DNA of 64,000 bases from an uncultured Anaerolineae bacterium (lineage in GTDB: Bacteria > Chloroflexota > Anaerolineae > JAFGEY01): the NCBI GenBank assembly GCA_964481205.1, contig CAYZYE010000001.1, positions 16,552-80,551 of the forward strand. Direction: 5' to 3'. This document shows positions 20,077 through 29,800 of this stretch, piece by piece. Both the position numbers and the translations under genes were made by a program. The notes under the pieces are model-generated. The model saw nothing but the letters and a program-made list of their open reading frames with translations. It had not been told where the DNA came from and ran no database searches. The stretch's first letter is position 1; each line of letters begins with the position of its first letter.

Positions 20077-22041
20077 TCACTCCGCCAGACCGTCTCTGGT
20101 CGCCGCTGCCCCGGCGTCTTGCGTCGCCAGCCGGATCACCACCTCATCCAACCCCAACGCCCGATACATCTCGTCGGCTGCCGTGCGCAGCACACTCTCG
20201 ACGTCAAGCGTTTCACGCATCCGCGCCGCTACGTCGCGCACCTTACGTTCTTGCCCGGCACGCAACCGCGCCTCTTCAAACAACCGTGCGTTATCCAAGA
20301 TCAGCTCCATCTGCTCCGAGACGGCGCGCACCAGACTGATCTGCCCCTCGGTCAGCGCCTGCTCCTCACCTTCGGCCTGCAAACCCAACAAACCAATCAC
20401 ATGACCGCGCTGCGCAATGGGCACCATTACATTCTGCCCCGACGACAAAGGCGCATCGACATCACCGGCAGCGAGACGGCCGGCCAAACCATCAATCTCG
20501 GGCGTTTCCAGTGCCGCAACGCCGGGCTGAGTGTATTGAAACACAGTTTGCTCCACCGTCGGCAAAAACTGCTCCCAACGCTCGCGCACATAATAACGCT
20601 GAAGCGCCTCCACCTCTTGCAAACGATCCTGCAACACAACCACAACACGGTCATAGGCAATCGCAACGGCAATTTGATCGGCAATGGTACGCAACGGCGT
20701 CACATCCTGCTCGTTAAAGGCATTTGCCTTTGCACTCTGCAAAGTCATCACCCCGGCGACATCTCCCTGAGTCACCAGAGGCAAAACCAGCATCGACTGC
20801 GTGTTTGCCAGAACAAACTCGACCCCCAAAAGCTCATCTTGCTGCACACATATACAGGCGCTCTTGGTATACATACATTGCCCCAAAGCCGATCCGCGAT
20901 CGACCCGCAAGCGCAGCGCGCGATCCAAAGTCTCGTCGTCTTTACCGGCCCAGGCCTGCAAAACCAAATGTTCGCGTTTTGGGTCGAGCAAAAACAAACT
21001 GACCTCGTACAAGTCCAACTGATCGCGCACCAACTTGACCGCCTGAGAGACAAAAGCATCGGGCGAAAGCGCCCGCGTCGCCAAATCTCCCACTCTGGCG
21101 CTCAACTCAAAATGTGAGGTCTGACGGCGCAAAGACTCGTTCACCTGGGCCAACTCGCGCTGCCGAACCTCACTCAACTCTCGCGCCTGTTGCAACGACT
21201 CGTTCTGCGCCTGAATGGTCCCCATCACCCGGATCTGCGTGCGGGCAAACATCCACTGCACCATCGCCACCATCAGCGAAATCAACACAAATGTCGCGCT
21301 CACCACCATAAACTGTGGAAAACTCTGCGCCAGATCGATATCGGTCTGAACCTCCAACCAACCCACATGATATGCCCAGGCTGCGCCAACAAACAACAAC
21401 ACATTGACCAATGCTGAAACGACCCCCGCCCTGGCGCCCACCAGAATGAAAAACAGCATCGAAGTGCCAAAAAGATACCAGGGAGCCGTGCTGACCATGC
21501 CATTCACACGGATCGACAACAAGGCAATGGTATAAGCCACCACAAACAAGGCGCTCGCCCGCCAGATATCGGCAACACGCCGCCAGAAAAACATGACCAC
21601 GATCAGCACATAGCCCGCAAAATAAGGCGCGTATGTCCTCAACTTGGTGAAATCGTCAACCGCGCCGGCAACCAACGCCAACATAGCCACCGTACCGCCC
21701 GCGGCAGCCGCGCCCAGCAACAAATTCAAAATGCGAGTCCGGCCTTGCGTCAGACTTTCGACCCCGGCCAATGACCGTTTCGCTTTCGGGGCGTCCTTCC
21801 GCTGACGGGCCGGCCGCGTAACCGGCTCGACAGGCCGTTCCTCAAGCGACAACATTGTGCTAACCGGCGGCACTTTATCAACAACCGGCGACTCGCCGGC
21901 CGCTGACTCGTCAGCCACCGGTGGCGGTTCTGTCACCGGCGTTTCCGCCGGCGCAACCGTTTCAGACGCAGGTGGTTTGTCCGGCTCGGGCACATCGCCG
22001 GGAAACAACTGATCAAGTTGATCTTCCAGACGATTCTTCAT
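20077..22041 (-). CDS. Pro-rich N-terminus - polytopic membrane - GAF-GAF sensor protein, no output domain
   Basis: ATG start. About 90 aa of acidic/Pro-rich N-terminus, then 6 TM helices, then tandem GAF (LDLYEVSLFLLDPKREHLVLQAWAG..), cap ..LDVESVLRTAADEMYRALGLDEVVIRLA. Confidence 0.8.
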   Translation of the reverse strand: MKNRLEDQLDQLFPGDVPEPDKPPASETVAPAETPVTEPPPVADESAAGESPVVDKVPPVSTMLSLEERPVEPVTRPARQRKDAPKAKRSLAGVESLTQGRTRILNLLLGAAAAGGTVAMLALVAGAVDDFTKLRTYAPYFAGYVLIVVMFFWRRVADIWRASALFVVAYTIALLSIRVNGMVSTAPWYLFGTSMLFFILVGARAGVVSALVNVLLFVGAAWAYHVGWLEVQTDIDLAQSFPQFMVVSATFVLISLMVAMVQWMFARTQIRVMGTIQAQNESLQQARELSEVRQRELAQVNESLRRQTSHFELSARVGDLATRALSPDAFVSQAVKLVRDQLDLYEVSLFLLDPKREHLVLQAWAGKDDETLDRALRLRVDRGSALGQCMYTKSACICVQQDELLGVEFVLANTQSMLVLPLVTQGDVAGVMTLQSAKANAFNEQDVTPLRTIADQIAVAIAYDRVVVVLQDRLQEVEALQRYYVRERWEQFLPTVEQTVFQYTQPGVAALETPEIDGLAGRLAAGDVDAPLSSGQNVMVPIAQRGHVIGLLGLQAEGEEQALTEGQISLVRAVSEQMELILDNARLFEEARLRAGQERKVRDVAARMRETLDVESVLRTAADEMYRALGLDEVVIRLATQDAGAAATRDGLAE

Positions 22042-22792
22042 ACGCTAACAACTCCTCGGCCAAAGCCCGATACTGCCGCGCACCGCGCGTATCGGGTTTA
22101 TAGATCGTGATCGGCTGGGCCACAATCGGGCTTTCACGCAACTTGGTATCCACCTCGATCACGGTCTCAAAAAGCGCTTGCGGAAATCGCGCGCGCATTC
22201 GTTCCAAAATTTTCACACAAATGCTGTTCCGACGATCATACATTGTCACCAACAACCGGTAACGCAAACCAGGGTTGCTCTTTTTGCGCGTCCGTTCGAT
22301 CAACTCGAACACATTGTCCAACGAGCGCACGGCAAAATACTCGGCCTGGATGGGCACAATGAGAAATTGGCAAGCCGCCAGCGCGTTGAGCGTCAACGGC
22401 CCAAACGCAGGAGCACAGTCGATCAGGACGTAATCATACAATGCCTCATCTACCCCGGCCAACGCCTCCCGGAGATACATCTCGTACCCCTCGCCCCGAT
22501 AAAGAACCTGGTCGATTGTCGCCAACTGGGGACTGGCCGGAACAATCTCTAAACCGGCCAACCCGGTCTCGCGGCTGACGCTGACCAGCGTCGCATTGTG
22601 CAGCATCGAATCGGCCACCGTCCGTCGCAAAGTGTGCGGTTCAATCCCCAACGACAAGGTCAAACTCGACTGCGGATCGAGATCGATCAACAACACCGTC
22701 TTGCCCATCTCGACCAGGCATGCGCCCAAAGACAAACAAGTCGTCGTCTTGGCCACGCCCCCTTTTTGATTCGCAATTGCCACCGTACGCAT
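22013..22792 (-). CDS. ParA/MinD-family P-loop ATPase
   Basis: Start at ATG 22790-22792 (MRTVAIANQKGGVAKTT, deviant Walker A). Typical ParA length of about 260 aa. Overlaps the next gene by 29 nt. Confidence 0.85.
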   Translation of the reverse strand: MRTVAIANQKGGVAKTTTCLSLGACLVEMGKTVLLIDLDPQSSLTLSLGIEPHTLRRTVADSMLHNATLVSVSRETGLAGLEIVPASPQLATIDQVLYRGEGYEMYLREALAGVDEALYDYVLIDCAPAFGPLTLNALAACQFLIVPIQAEYFAVRSLDNVFELIERTRKKSNPGLRYRLLVTMYDRRNSICVKILERMRARFPQALFETVIEVDTKLRESPIVAQPITIYKPDTRGARQYRALAEELLAYEESSGRST

Positions 22793-22819
22793 TGATCTAC
22801 CACCCACCGCCGGCCCAAA

Positions 22820-25800
22820 CTAGGCCGCCGGCTCACCCTCGACTCTAGGTTCCGAAGTCAGGCGAATGAATGCCCGCGACACCCCCAACGCCTGCCCCAA
22901 CTCTCGCACCGCCGTACTCAAGATCGAATCCATATCTGCGTGCGCACGCATCTTGCTCGTGATCTCGCGGATCAGCTGCTCACGACGCGCGCGGCTCTCG
23001 GCATCCTGGTACAGACGCAAACTGCGCAAAACGACGGCCGCCTGATCGCTGACCGATTGGTAAACGCGCAATTCTTCGGGCGTAAACACGTGCGGTGTCT
23101 TGGACGTGACCATCACATACCCCTGCCACTCGTCGCCGACGGCCAACGGCATCAAAGCCAACGCGCGGATCTGCATTTGCTCTACCGCCGCACGCAACAC
23201 ACCCGATATGCGCTCATCGGCGTCCACATCCGAACTGACCAACACTTTTGTCGGCGACAAAATACCAATAAACGGATCCTGCGCTGCGGGTCGAACCGTA
23301 CCCACCGGGATCGAACCTGGGACGTCGGCGCGATCCCAAAACGCGGCCACCATTTGCTTGCCCAACTCGGGCTGCGACGACGGCTTGTCCAAAATAAAGA
23401 TCGTCGCCTGGTCCACCGGCGTGCTCTTGACCACGTCCAGAACAACCTGGTAAACATCCTCGGCCGACCCGGCGGCGCTGATCCGGCGGCTGGCCTCATA
23501 CAACTGTTCAGCCTGAATGCGCGTGATCTCGGAGGACTCGAAAAGCCGTTCCGACTCGATAATATCACCCACACTTTCCACGATCGATTGAATGAGCGCC
23601 AACTCGTGCTCGCTCCACGTTTCTCCCTCACGCGCAATGTCGATCACCCCGATCGTCTGCCCACGGTGTTGAAGGGGCAACGCCACCGTCTTGGCCGCCC
23701 CCCCCTCTTGCTCACCGCGCACAGCCGTGACCATCTGATCGTGAGCGATCGCCTGGGCCATTTCCGGCGTCCAAAAATCGCTGGTTGGCGTCAACCCGTC
23801 CGGCCCGGCGACATAACCTTCGATTCCGGCCCCATAACCGGCCAAAAATTCATCCCACGTTTGGCGTAGATAACGACGGTGCGTCGCCTCGGCCTCGGCC
23901 AACGCAGCGCGGGTCCGAGTCAGCAATTGGTTGCGCTCGATACTGTCGCTCAACAACGAGCCAATTTGGCGCATCAGCGTCTCATCACGCCCGGTATACG
24001 GCTCATCTCGAGAACGCCCCACGTTCAACGTACCAATGACCTCTCCACCCACAACAAGCGGCGCGCTCAATATCCACCGCAAGCCCTGTTCCGACAAAGC
24101 GCGCAAATCCGCAAACTCGCTGTCCGGCCTGACCGGGGTGAGGAGCATGCGGTTCTCTCGCACCACCTGTCCGATCGCCATGCCCTTGACCGGCAGTTGA
24201 GCGCCAACCGGCATTGCGCCGGCCTCGCCGTCGAGCGCCAACACCTCCAAATGGTCACCAGACTCGGTGAGCAATGATACACTGCTCCGATCGGCATCGA
24301 TGATCTGACCGACATTGGCAGCGACAATGGACAAAATCTCTTCGCGGCGAGTCGCCTCGCTCAATTGCGCACTCATTTCGTTCAACATTGCCAACCGCTG
24401 CGCCTGGTCTTTGGACTCGGCCAATGCCCGCTGATTCATCTCGGTCAACCGTGCGCTCTCTAGCGCCTCGGCAGCCTGATCGAGAATCGCCTGCACCAGT
24501 TCTTGCTCCTCAGGAGCAAACGGCGACTGGGAATCGTGCTCAAAGCCAACGACGCCAATTGGCTCACCTCGCACCATCAACGGCATAGATACGACACGCG
24601 CCTGCGCATCGGCAGAAACAGAATCAACCGGCGCGCCCAACGCCGCTGCCGGGTCTTGCTCATCCACATCCTGCACCGCAAACTCGGCCGGATCGAACAG
24701 GTAGCCAGCCGGCAAAGCGGACTGTTCCTGAAATGCCTGCCATCCTTCGCGGCTCACCATCCGGTACAGGGTATTCAACTCGCGCAGCCGCTCATCCATT
24801 TCCGCTTCAGCCTGCCGGCGCTCGGTCATATCGGTCAACACATCGGCAAGATAACGAGGATTGCCCTCCTGGTCACGAATCACAAAATAGTTTTCCAGCG
24901 TTGGCGTCACCCGGCCGTCGAGCGAGATGACAACCAGTTCTCCCGTCCATTGTTCTCCACGAATCAATGTTGGCAGCACCTCATTTTGCAATTTCTGCTG
25001 CATCTCAGGCGCATAATACGTGTCGATTGGCTTGCCGACTGCGTGGGCCGGGCTTTCCTCGCCCAACATCCGGCACAACGTCGAGTTCACATAGACGATT
25101 CGCCCTTCCATATCGGCAATGCCAAAACCCTGCCCAGAGGCCTCGGCAAAACGACGGAACATACGCGCTTCTTCGAGCAACTGGCTGGCCTCCATCGCCA
25201 CCGCAATCGGGCCGGAAATCGACTCTAGCAGCAAACGGTCGTCATCGGTCAACGCGCCGGCGCGGTCGCTCTGCACATCCAACACACCCAACACCTCGCC
25301 GCGCAACATAACCGGCACCGCCAACTCGGCCTGCGTATCCGGCAGATCAGAGTTCGGTTGCCAATCGGGGTTCTCGCGGACATTGGCCGCCAACACCGAC
25401 TCACCCGTCGCCGCCGCCGTGCCCACCACCCCGCTGCCCATCGCCAGGCCGTGTTTGGCAGCGACCATCTTGGCCCCGGCCTCGCCATAGCCAGACACAA
25501 CCACCATTCGCTCTTGCTTGACATCATAACGGAATATCTGGGCGTGGTAATAACCCAACTGCTCTTTGACCAGCGTCACCACGCGGCGGAACAACTCGTC
25601 GAGCTGCGGCACACCGGCCAACGCCTGCGACACTTGCGCGCTCACCCTCGCTTGCTGCGCCCGACGCTCGATCAGCCGCTCGCGCTCTTGTTCGGCGCGG
25701 ATCCGCTCGCTGATGTCGCGACCAGCCGACAAAAGATACCGCTTGCCCCCAATAGAAATACCGGACAATGAAACCTCCACATCAAACAACTCGCCGGTAT

Positions 25801-26812
25801 CATGACGCATATGTTTCCAGTAAAACCTTTGCGGCTCTCCCGCCACCGCCCGCTCGATGTATTTGATTGCCTTTTTGCTCGACAACTGGCCATCCGGCTG
25901 TCTTTCGGGACTGACGTCCAAAGGCGTCGCACCCAACATCTCTGCCTCATCTCGATAACCATACATCTCGATCGCCCTGGCATTGTTCGCAACAAATTTA
26001 CCATCCTCGATCAAATGCAACGCATCAGAGGCCAAATCAAAGATACCCTTGAACTTGGCTTCACTCTCCTGTACCGCCTCTTCCGCCCGCTTGCGCTCGC
26101 TGATGTCGCGGGCAATCGTCGCCAAAGACACCACCTGCCCTCGCTCGTCCCGCATCGCCGTGAGCACCTGCGACACCGGAATCACACGGCCGTCTTTGGA
26201 CACCAGCATAGTCTCTCCGGCCCACACCCCGTCGCGCACCACAATATCCAGGACATCTGACGGCAAATCGGGCTGAAAACTGGACATGTTCATCCCGGCG
26301 TAAAACTCGTCTGCCGTATAGCCCACCATTTGCAGGCCGGCGGGGTTGACATAAATACCGGCGCCGTCGGGCATAGCGATGCCAATAAAATCGGTACTGG
26401 TTTCCAGCACCTGGCGGTAGCGCGCCCGCTCGATCTCACGCTCGCGCTCGTGCGTAATGTCTGCAAGCGCAACCCGAAGCAGCGTCTGCGACCCCACATC
26501 CACCCGGCGCAGCGACATCCGGGCATAAAACTCGCTGCCATCGAGACGGTGTTGCATCCACTCGAAACGCTGCGGCTCACCAGCCAGAGCTGTGTCGAAC
26601 CGTTCCCGCACGACCTCGGTCGAACGACGACCATCTGGCTGCACCGCCGGCGCCAAGTCAGACGGCACTTTGCCGATCAGATCACCGCGCGCGCAGCCAA
26701 ACAACTCTAACGCGCTGGCATTGCACTCGACAAAGCGCCCGCCCTCAATCAAGAGAATCGCGTCATCGGCAGACTCAAACAACACCCGATACAGATCGTT
26801 CTCTGCACTCAT
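22820..26812 (-). CDS. Soluble PAS(x4)-GAF multi-sensor protein, no output domain (1330 aa)
   Basis: Start moved to ATG 26810-26812 (MSAENDLYRVLFESADDAIL, PAS S-box), 1 nt after the upstream stop, with GGAGGA at -9. At least four PAS domains interleaved with GAF domains and a C-terminal cap ..MDSILSTAVRELGQALGVSRAFIRL. Contains repeat copy 1 (see repeat feature). Confidence 0.85.
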   Translation of the reverse strand: MSAENDLYRVLFESADDAILLIEGGRFVECNASALELFGCARGDLIGKVPSDLAPAVQPDGRRSTEVVRERFDTALAGEPQRFEWMQHRLDGSEFYARMSLRRVDVGSQTLLRVALADITHEREREIERARYRQVLETSTDFIGIAMPDGAGIYVNPAGLQMVGYTADEFYAGMNMSSFQPDLPSDVLDIVVRDGVWAGETMLVSKDGRVIPVSQVLTAMRDERGQVVSLATIARDISERKRAEEAVQESEAKFKGIFDLASDALHLIEDGKFVANNARAIEMYGYRDEAEMLGATPLDVSPERQPDGQLSSKKAIKYIERAVAGEPQRFYWKHMRHDTGELFDVEVSLSGISIGGKRYLLSAGRDISERIRAEQERERLIERRAQQARVSAQVSQALAGVPQLDELFRRVVTLVKEQLGYYHAQIFRYDVKQERMVVVSGYGEAGAKMVAAKHGLAMGSGVVGTAAATGESVLAANVRENPDWQPNSDLPDTQAELAVPVMLRGEVLGVLDVQSDRAGALTDDDRLLLESISGPIAVAMEASQLLEEARMFRRFAEASGQGFGIADMEGRIVYVNSTLCRMLGEESPAHAVGKPIDTYYAPEMQQKLQNEVLPTLIRGEQWTGELVVISLDGRVTPTLENYFVIRDQEGNPRYLADVLTDMTERRQAEAEMDERLRELNTLYRMVSREGWQAFQEQSALPAGYLFDPAEFAVQDVDEQDPAAALGAPVDSVSADAQARVVSMPLMVRGEPIGVVGFEHDSQSPFAPEEQELVQAILDQAAEALESARLTEMNQRALAESKDQAQRLAMLNEMSAQLSEATRREEILSIVAANVGQIIDADRSSVSLLTESGDHLEVLALDGEAGAMPVGAQLPVKGMAIGQVVRENRMLLTPVRPDSEFADLRALSEQGLRWILSAPLVVGGEVIGTLNVGRSRDEPYTGRDETLMRQIGSLLSDSIERNQLLTRTRAALAEAEATHRRYLRQTWDEFLAGYGAGIEGYVAGPDGLTPTSDFWTPEMAQAIAHDQMVTAVRGEQEGGAAKTVALPLQHRGQTIGVIDIAREGETWSEHELALIQSIVESVGDIIESERLFESSEITRIQAEQLYEASRRISAAGSAEDVYQVVLDVVKSTPVDQATIFILDKPSSQPELGKQMVAAFWDRADVPGSIPVGTVRPAAQDPFIGILSPTKVLVSSDVDADERISGVLRAAVEQMQIRALALMPLAVGDEWQGYVMVTSKTPHVFTPEELRVYQSVSDQAAVVLRSLRLYQDAESRARREQLIREITSKMRAHADMDSILSTAVRELGQALGVSRAFIRLTSEPRVEGEPAA
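24640..25690. repeat. Segmental duplicate copy 1 (about 1.05 kb, roughly 90% identical to 27776..28826)
   Basis: Six-frame ORFs in both regions give near-identical peptides in all frames (e.g. PSPPQSGRKSTLAANGR at 25192 and 28328, offset 3136 nt). At protein level the block is LIERRAQQARVSAQVSQ.LAGVPQLDELFRRVVTL.KEQLGYYHAQIFRYDV.QERMVV..GYGEAGA.MVAA.HGLAMGSGVVG.AAATGESVL..NVRE.PDW.PN.DLPDTQ.ELAVP..LRGEVLGVLDVQSDRAGALTDDDRLLLESISGPIAVAMEA..LLEEA..FR... Confidence 0.8.
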
Positions 26813-26813
26813 G

Positions 26814-29800
26814 CTATGCTTCCTCCGCGTCTTTGGCTTCTGCCGCCTGAACACGCGACCGTGCCTCGATGGACTGTGTCAACTGGCTCACATCACCCAC
26901 GCTCACAAAAGTGCGCCGTCCCAAGACCTGCCCCAACTCTCGCGCCAACGCGCGCAAGACGCCATCCACATCGGGCGGCGTGCGCAGCCGGCCTGCCATC
27001 TGCCGGAGCTGCTGCTCACGTTGGGCGTTGGCGCGCGCCTGAACCAACAACCGCCGGCTCTCCACGGCCGTCGAAGCCAGACCGATCAAGGCGTCGTAAA
27101 TTTCTTTCTCTCGCCGGCCAAATTGGCGAGGAACCGTCCAGGTAAAGCGCACGAGACCCACCCAGCGCCCGCCCCGCGCCAGAGGGACAATAACCATCGC
27201 CCGGCAGTTCATTCTAGCCAGCACTTTTTGGACATTTTTCCCAATCCGCTCATCCGCCGCCGTATCGGCAATAAACATAGCCTGCTCAGGAGAAGCAACC
27301 CACAAACGCGAGAGGGCAAAATCGGGCAAATGGTAGCGTGTTCCCGCCGGGAAAACACTGTCGCCGTCACGCTGCCAGGTAGCGACGATCTCGGCCCATT
27401 CTGGGCGACCTTGAGCGTCCAAATCGACATACATCAAATCAACCCGCGCAACCCCCGTGTCGGCGACCGGCCGCACCACAGCCTGCAACAATTCATTCTC
27501 ATCTCGCGCAACACCCAAAGCACGGCTTACGTCGTAAAGCATCTGTATTTGACTCAACATATCTCTGGTTTCTTGCGACAACCGCGCGCCCTCTAGCGCC
27601 TGCGCCACCTGATCGGCCAACTGCTCCACCAGCGCCAGCTCTTCGGCAGACAACGGATACTCGGGATCGTCATAAAGACCCAGCGCGCCCACCACCTCAC
27701 CGCCAGGCACCGACAACGGCGCGACGACAACAGGCTGTTCCTGCGTCGTGACCACCAAACTACCCGTCGAAGCCGCTTCACCGATCTCGGGCAGCCATAG
27801 ATCGTCCTTGCGTTTGGCCTCGACACCATCATAAAAATACCCGCCGGGCAACGCAGCCAGGTCACGAAAAGCCCCCCATCCTTCCGCGCTGATCGTGCGA
27901 TACAGGCTGTTCAATTCTTGCAAACGTTCCTGTATTTCAGCCTGCGTGCGCCGGCTCTCGGTAATATCGGTCACAATATTGACGATATAGCGCGGCTGAT
28001 CCGCCTGATCTTGGAGCAAGAAAAGGTTGTGCAAAGTTGGCGTCACCCGCCCGGTTCGCGCTCGCAGCATCACCTCGCCCTGCCACCGCCCTTCCGCCAT
28101 CACCGCGGGCAAAATTTCACTTTGCAACCGCTGCTGCTCGTGCCTGGGATAATACTTGACGAACGGGTTTCCAACAAATGAATTGATGTTTGGCTCACCC
28201 AGCATCTCCAACAACGCCGGGTTGCCGTAAAAAGCCTGACCATCCAACGTGCCCATACCGATGCCCTGCCCGGCGTTCTCCACCAACAAACGGAACGTCT
28301 GCGCCTCTTCGAGCAAACGTCCGGCTTCCATCGCCACCGCAATCGGGCCGGAAATCGACTCTAGCAGCAAACGGTCGTCGTCAGTCAGCGCGCCGGCGCG
28401 GTCACTCTGCACATCCAACACACCCAACACCTCGCCGCGCAGCACGATAGGCACCGCCAACTCGCCTTGCGTATCCGGCAGATCGGGGTTCGGCCGCCAG
28501 TCGGGATGCTCACGCACATTAGACACCAACACCGACTCACCCGTCGCCGCCGCCGCGCCCACCACCCCGCTGCCCATCGCCAAGCCGTGCCCGGCAGCGA
28601 CCATCCTGGCCCCGGCCTCGCCATAGCCGGTCGCCACCACCATCCGCTCTTGCGCTACATCATAACGGAATATCTGGGCGTGATAATAACCCAGCTGCTC
28701 TTTGGCCAGCGTCACCACGCGGCGGAACAACTCGTCGAGCTGCGGCACACCGGCCAATTCCTGCGACACCTGCGCGCTCACCCGCGCCTGTTGCGCACGG
28801 CGTTCGATCAACTGCTCACGTTCCTCGGTAAAGCGTATCCGCTCGGTAATATCGCGCGAGAACCCCAACACGCCAACAATCTCTCCCTGCGCGTTACGCA
28901 GCGGCGATTTGACCGTCTCGAGAATCACCGTTTCATCTTTGCTCATCTGCACCGGAACATAAGGATTACGCAGCGTCTCGCCGGCCAACACCTTGAGGTC
29001 ATCATTGCGATAACCGCTGATCCCCTTTTCGGGATTGCCTTCGATCTGCTCAACGGGAAATCCCATCTCGTAATCGTCTTTACCCACAAAATCGTCCGGC
29101 GTCAACCCCATATACTTGGCAATGATCCCATTGTTCACCAAAATGTACCGCAAGTCGCGGTCCTTGGCAAAGATCCAATCGTTCGTAGAATCAATCACCA
29201 TCCGCAGCAAAATCTGCGACTCTTGAACCTGTGCCAAAAGCCGCTTTTGCTCCTCCTCCACTCGCTTGAATTCGGTCACATCGGTCGAAATACCCGCAAT
29301 GGCATAGATTTGGCCGGATGAATCAACGAGCGGAAACTTGTTGGACAAATATGTATGCAATCCATCCTCATGCGGCGCGACTTCTTCCATTGCCACAGGC
29401 ACACCCGCGTCGAGTACCTGCAAATCGGTCTTTCGGAAAACGGCCGCCAATTCTGGCGGGAAAACATCGTAATCAGTCTTGCCAATGATGCCCTCTTTGG
29501 TGACATGAAACAATATCTCGTACTGACGATTGACCAATATATATCGCCCCTCGGCATCCTTGACATAAGCCACCGCGTTGGCATTATCAATAAAACCTTG
29601 TAACAACTGTTCGCTCTCCCGCACCGCCTCTTCCGCCTGCTTGCGCTCGCTAATGTCACGCACGATGCCCAACACACCGGTCACATCACCTTCATCGTCA
29701 AAGAGCGGCACCCGCGTTGTATCCATCCAGGCTTGCGTGCCATCCTCACGCCGCCGAGACTGAACGACGTGAAACTGGGGGGTTGCCGTCTCGATCACCT

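Noticed and set aside
22820-26854. Longer N-terminus MFRRQKPKTRRKHS.. for the PAS-GAF gene, and the 599-aa version of the ThrC-REC gene (3321..5120)
   Set aside because: Both extensions overlap the upstream gene by 41 and 124 nt respectively and lack SDs. Internal ATG 26810-12 (GGAGGA at -9) and GTG 4986-88 (AGGGGG at -4) fit the abutting-gene pattern seen throughout the train.
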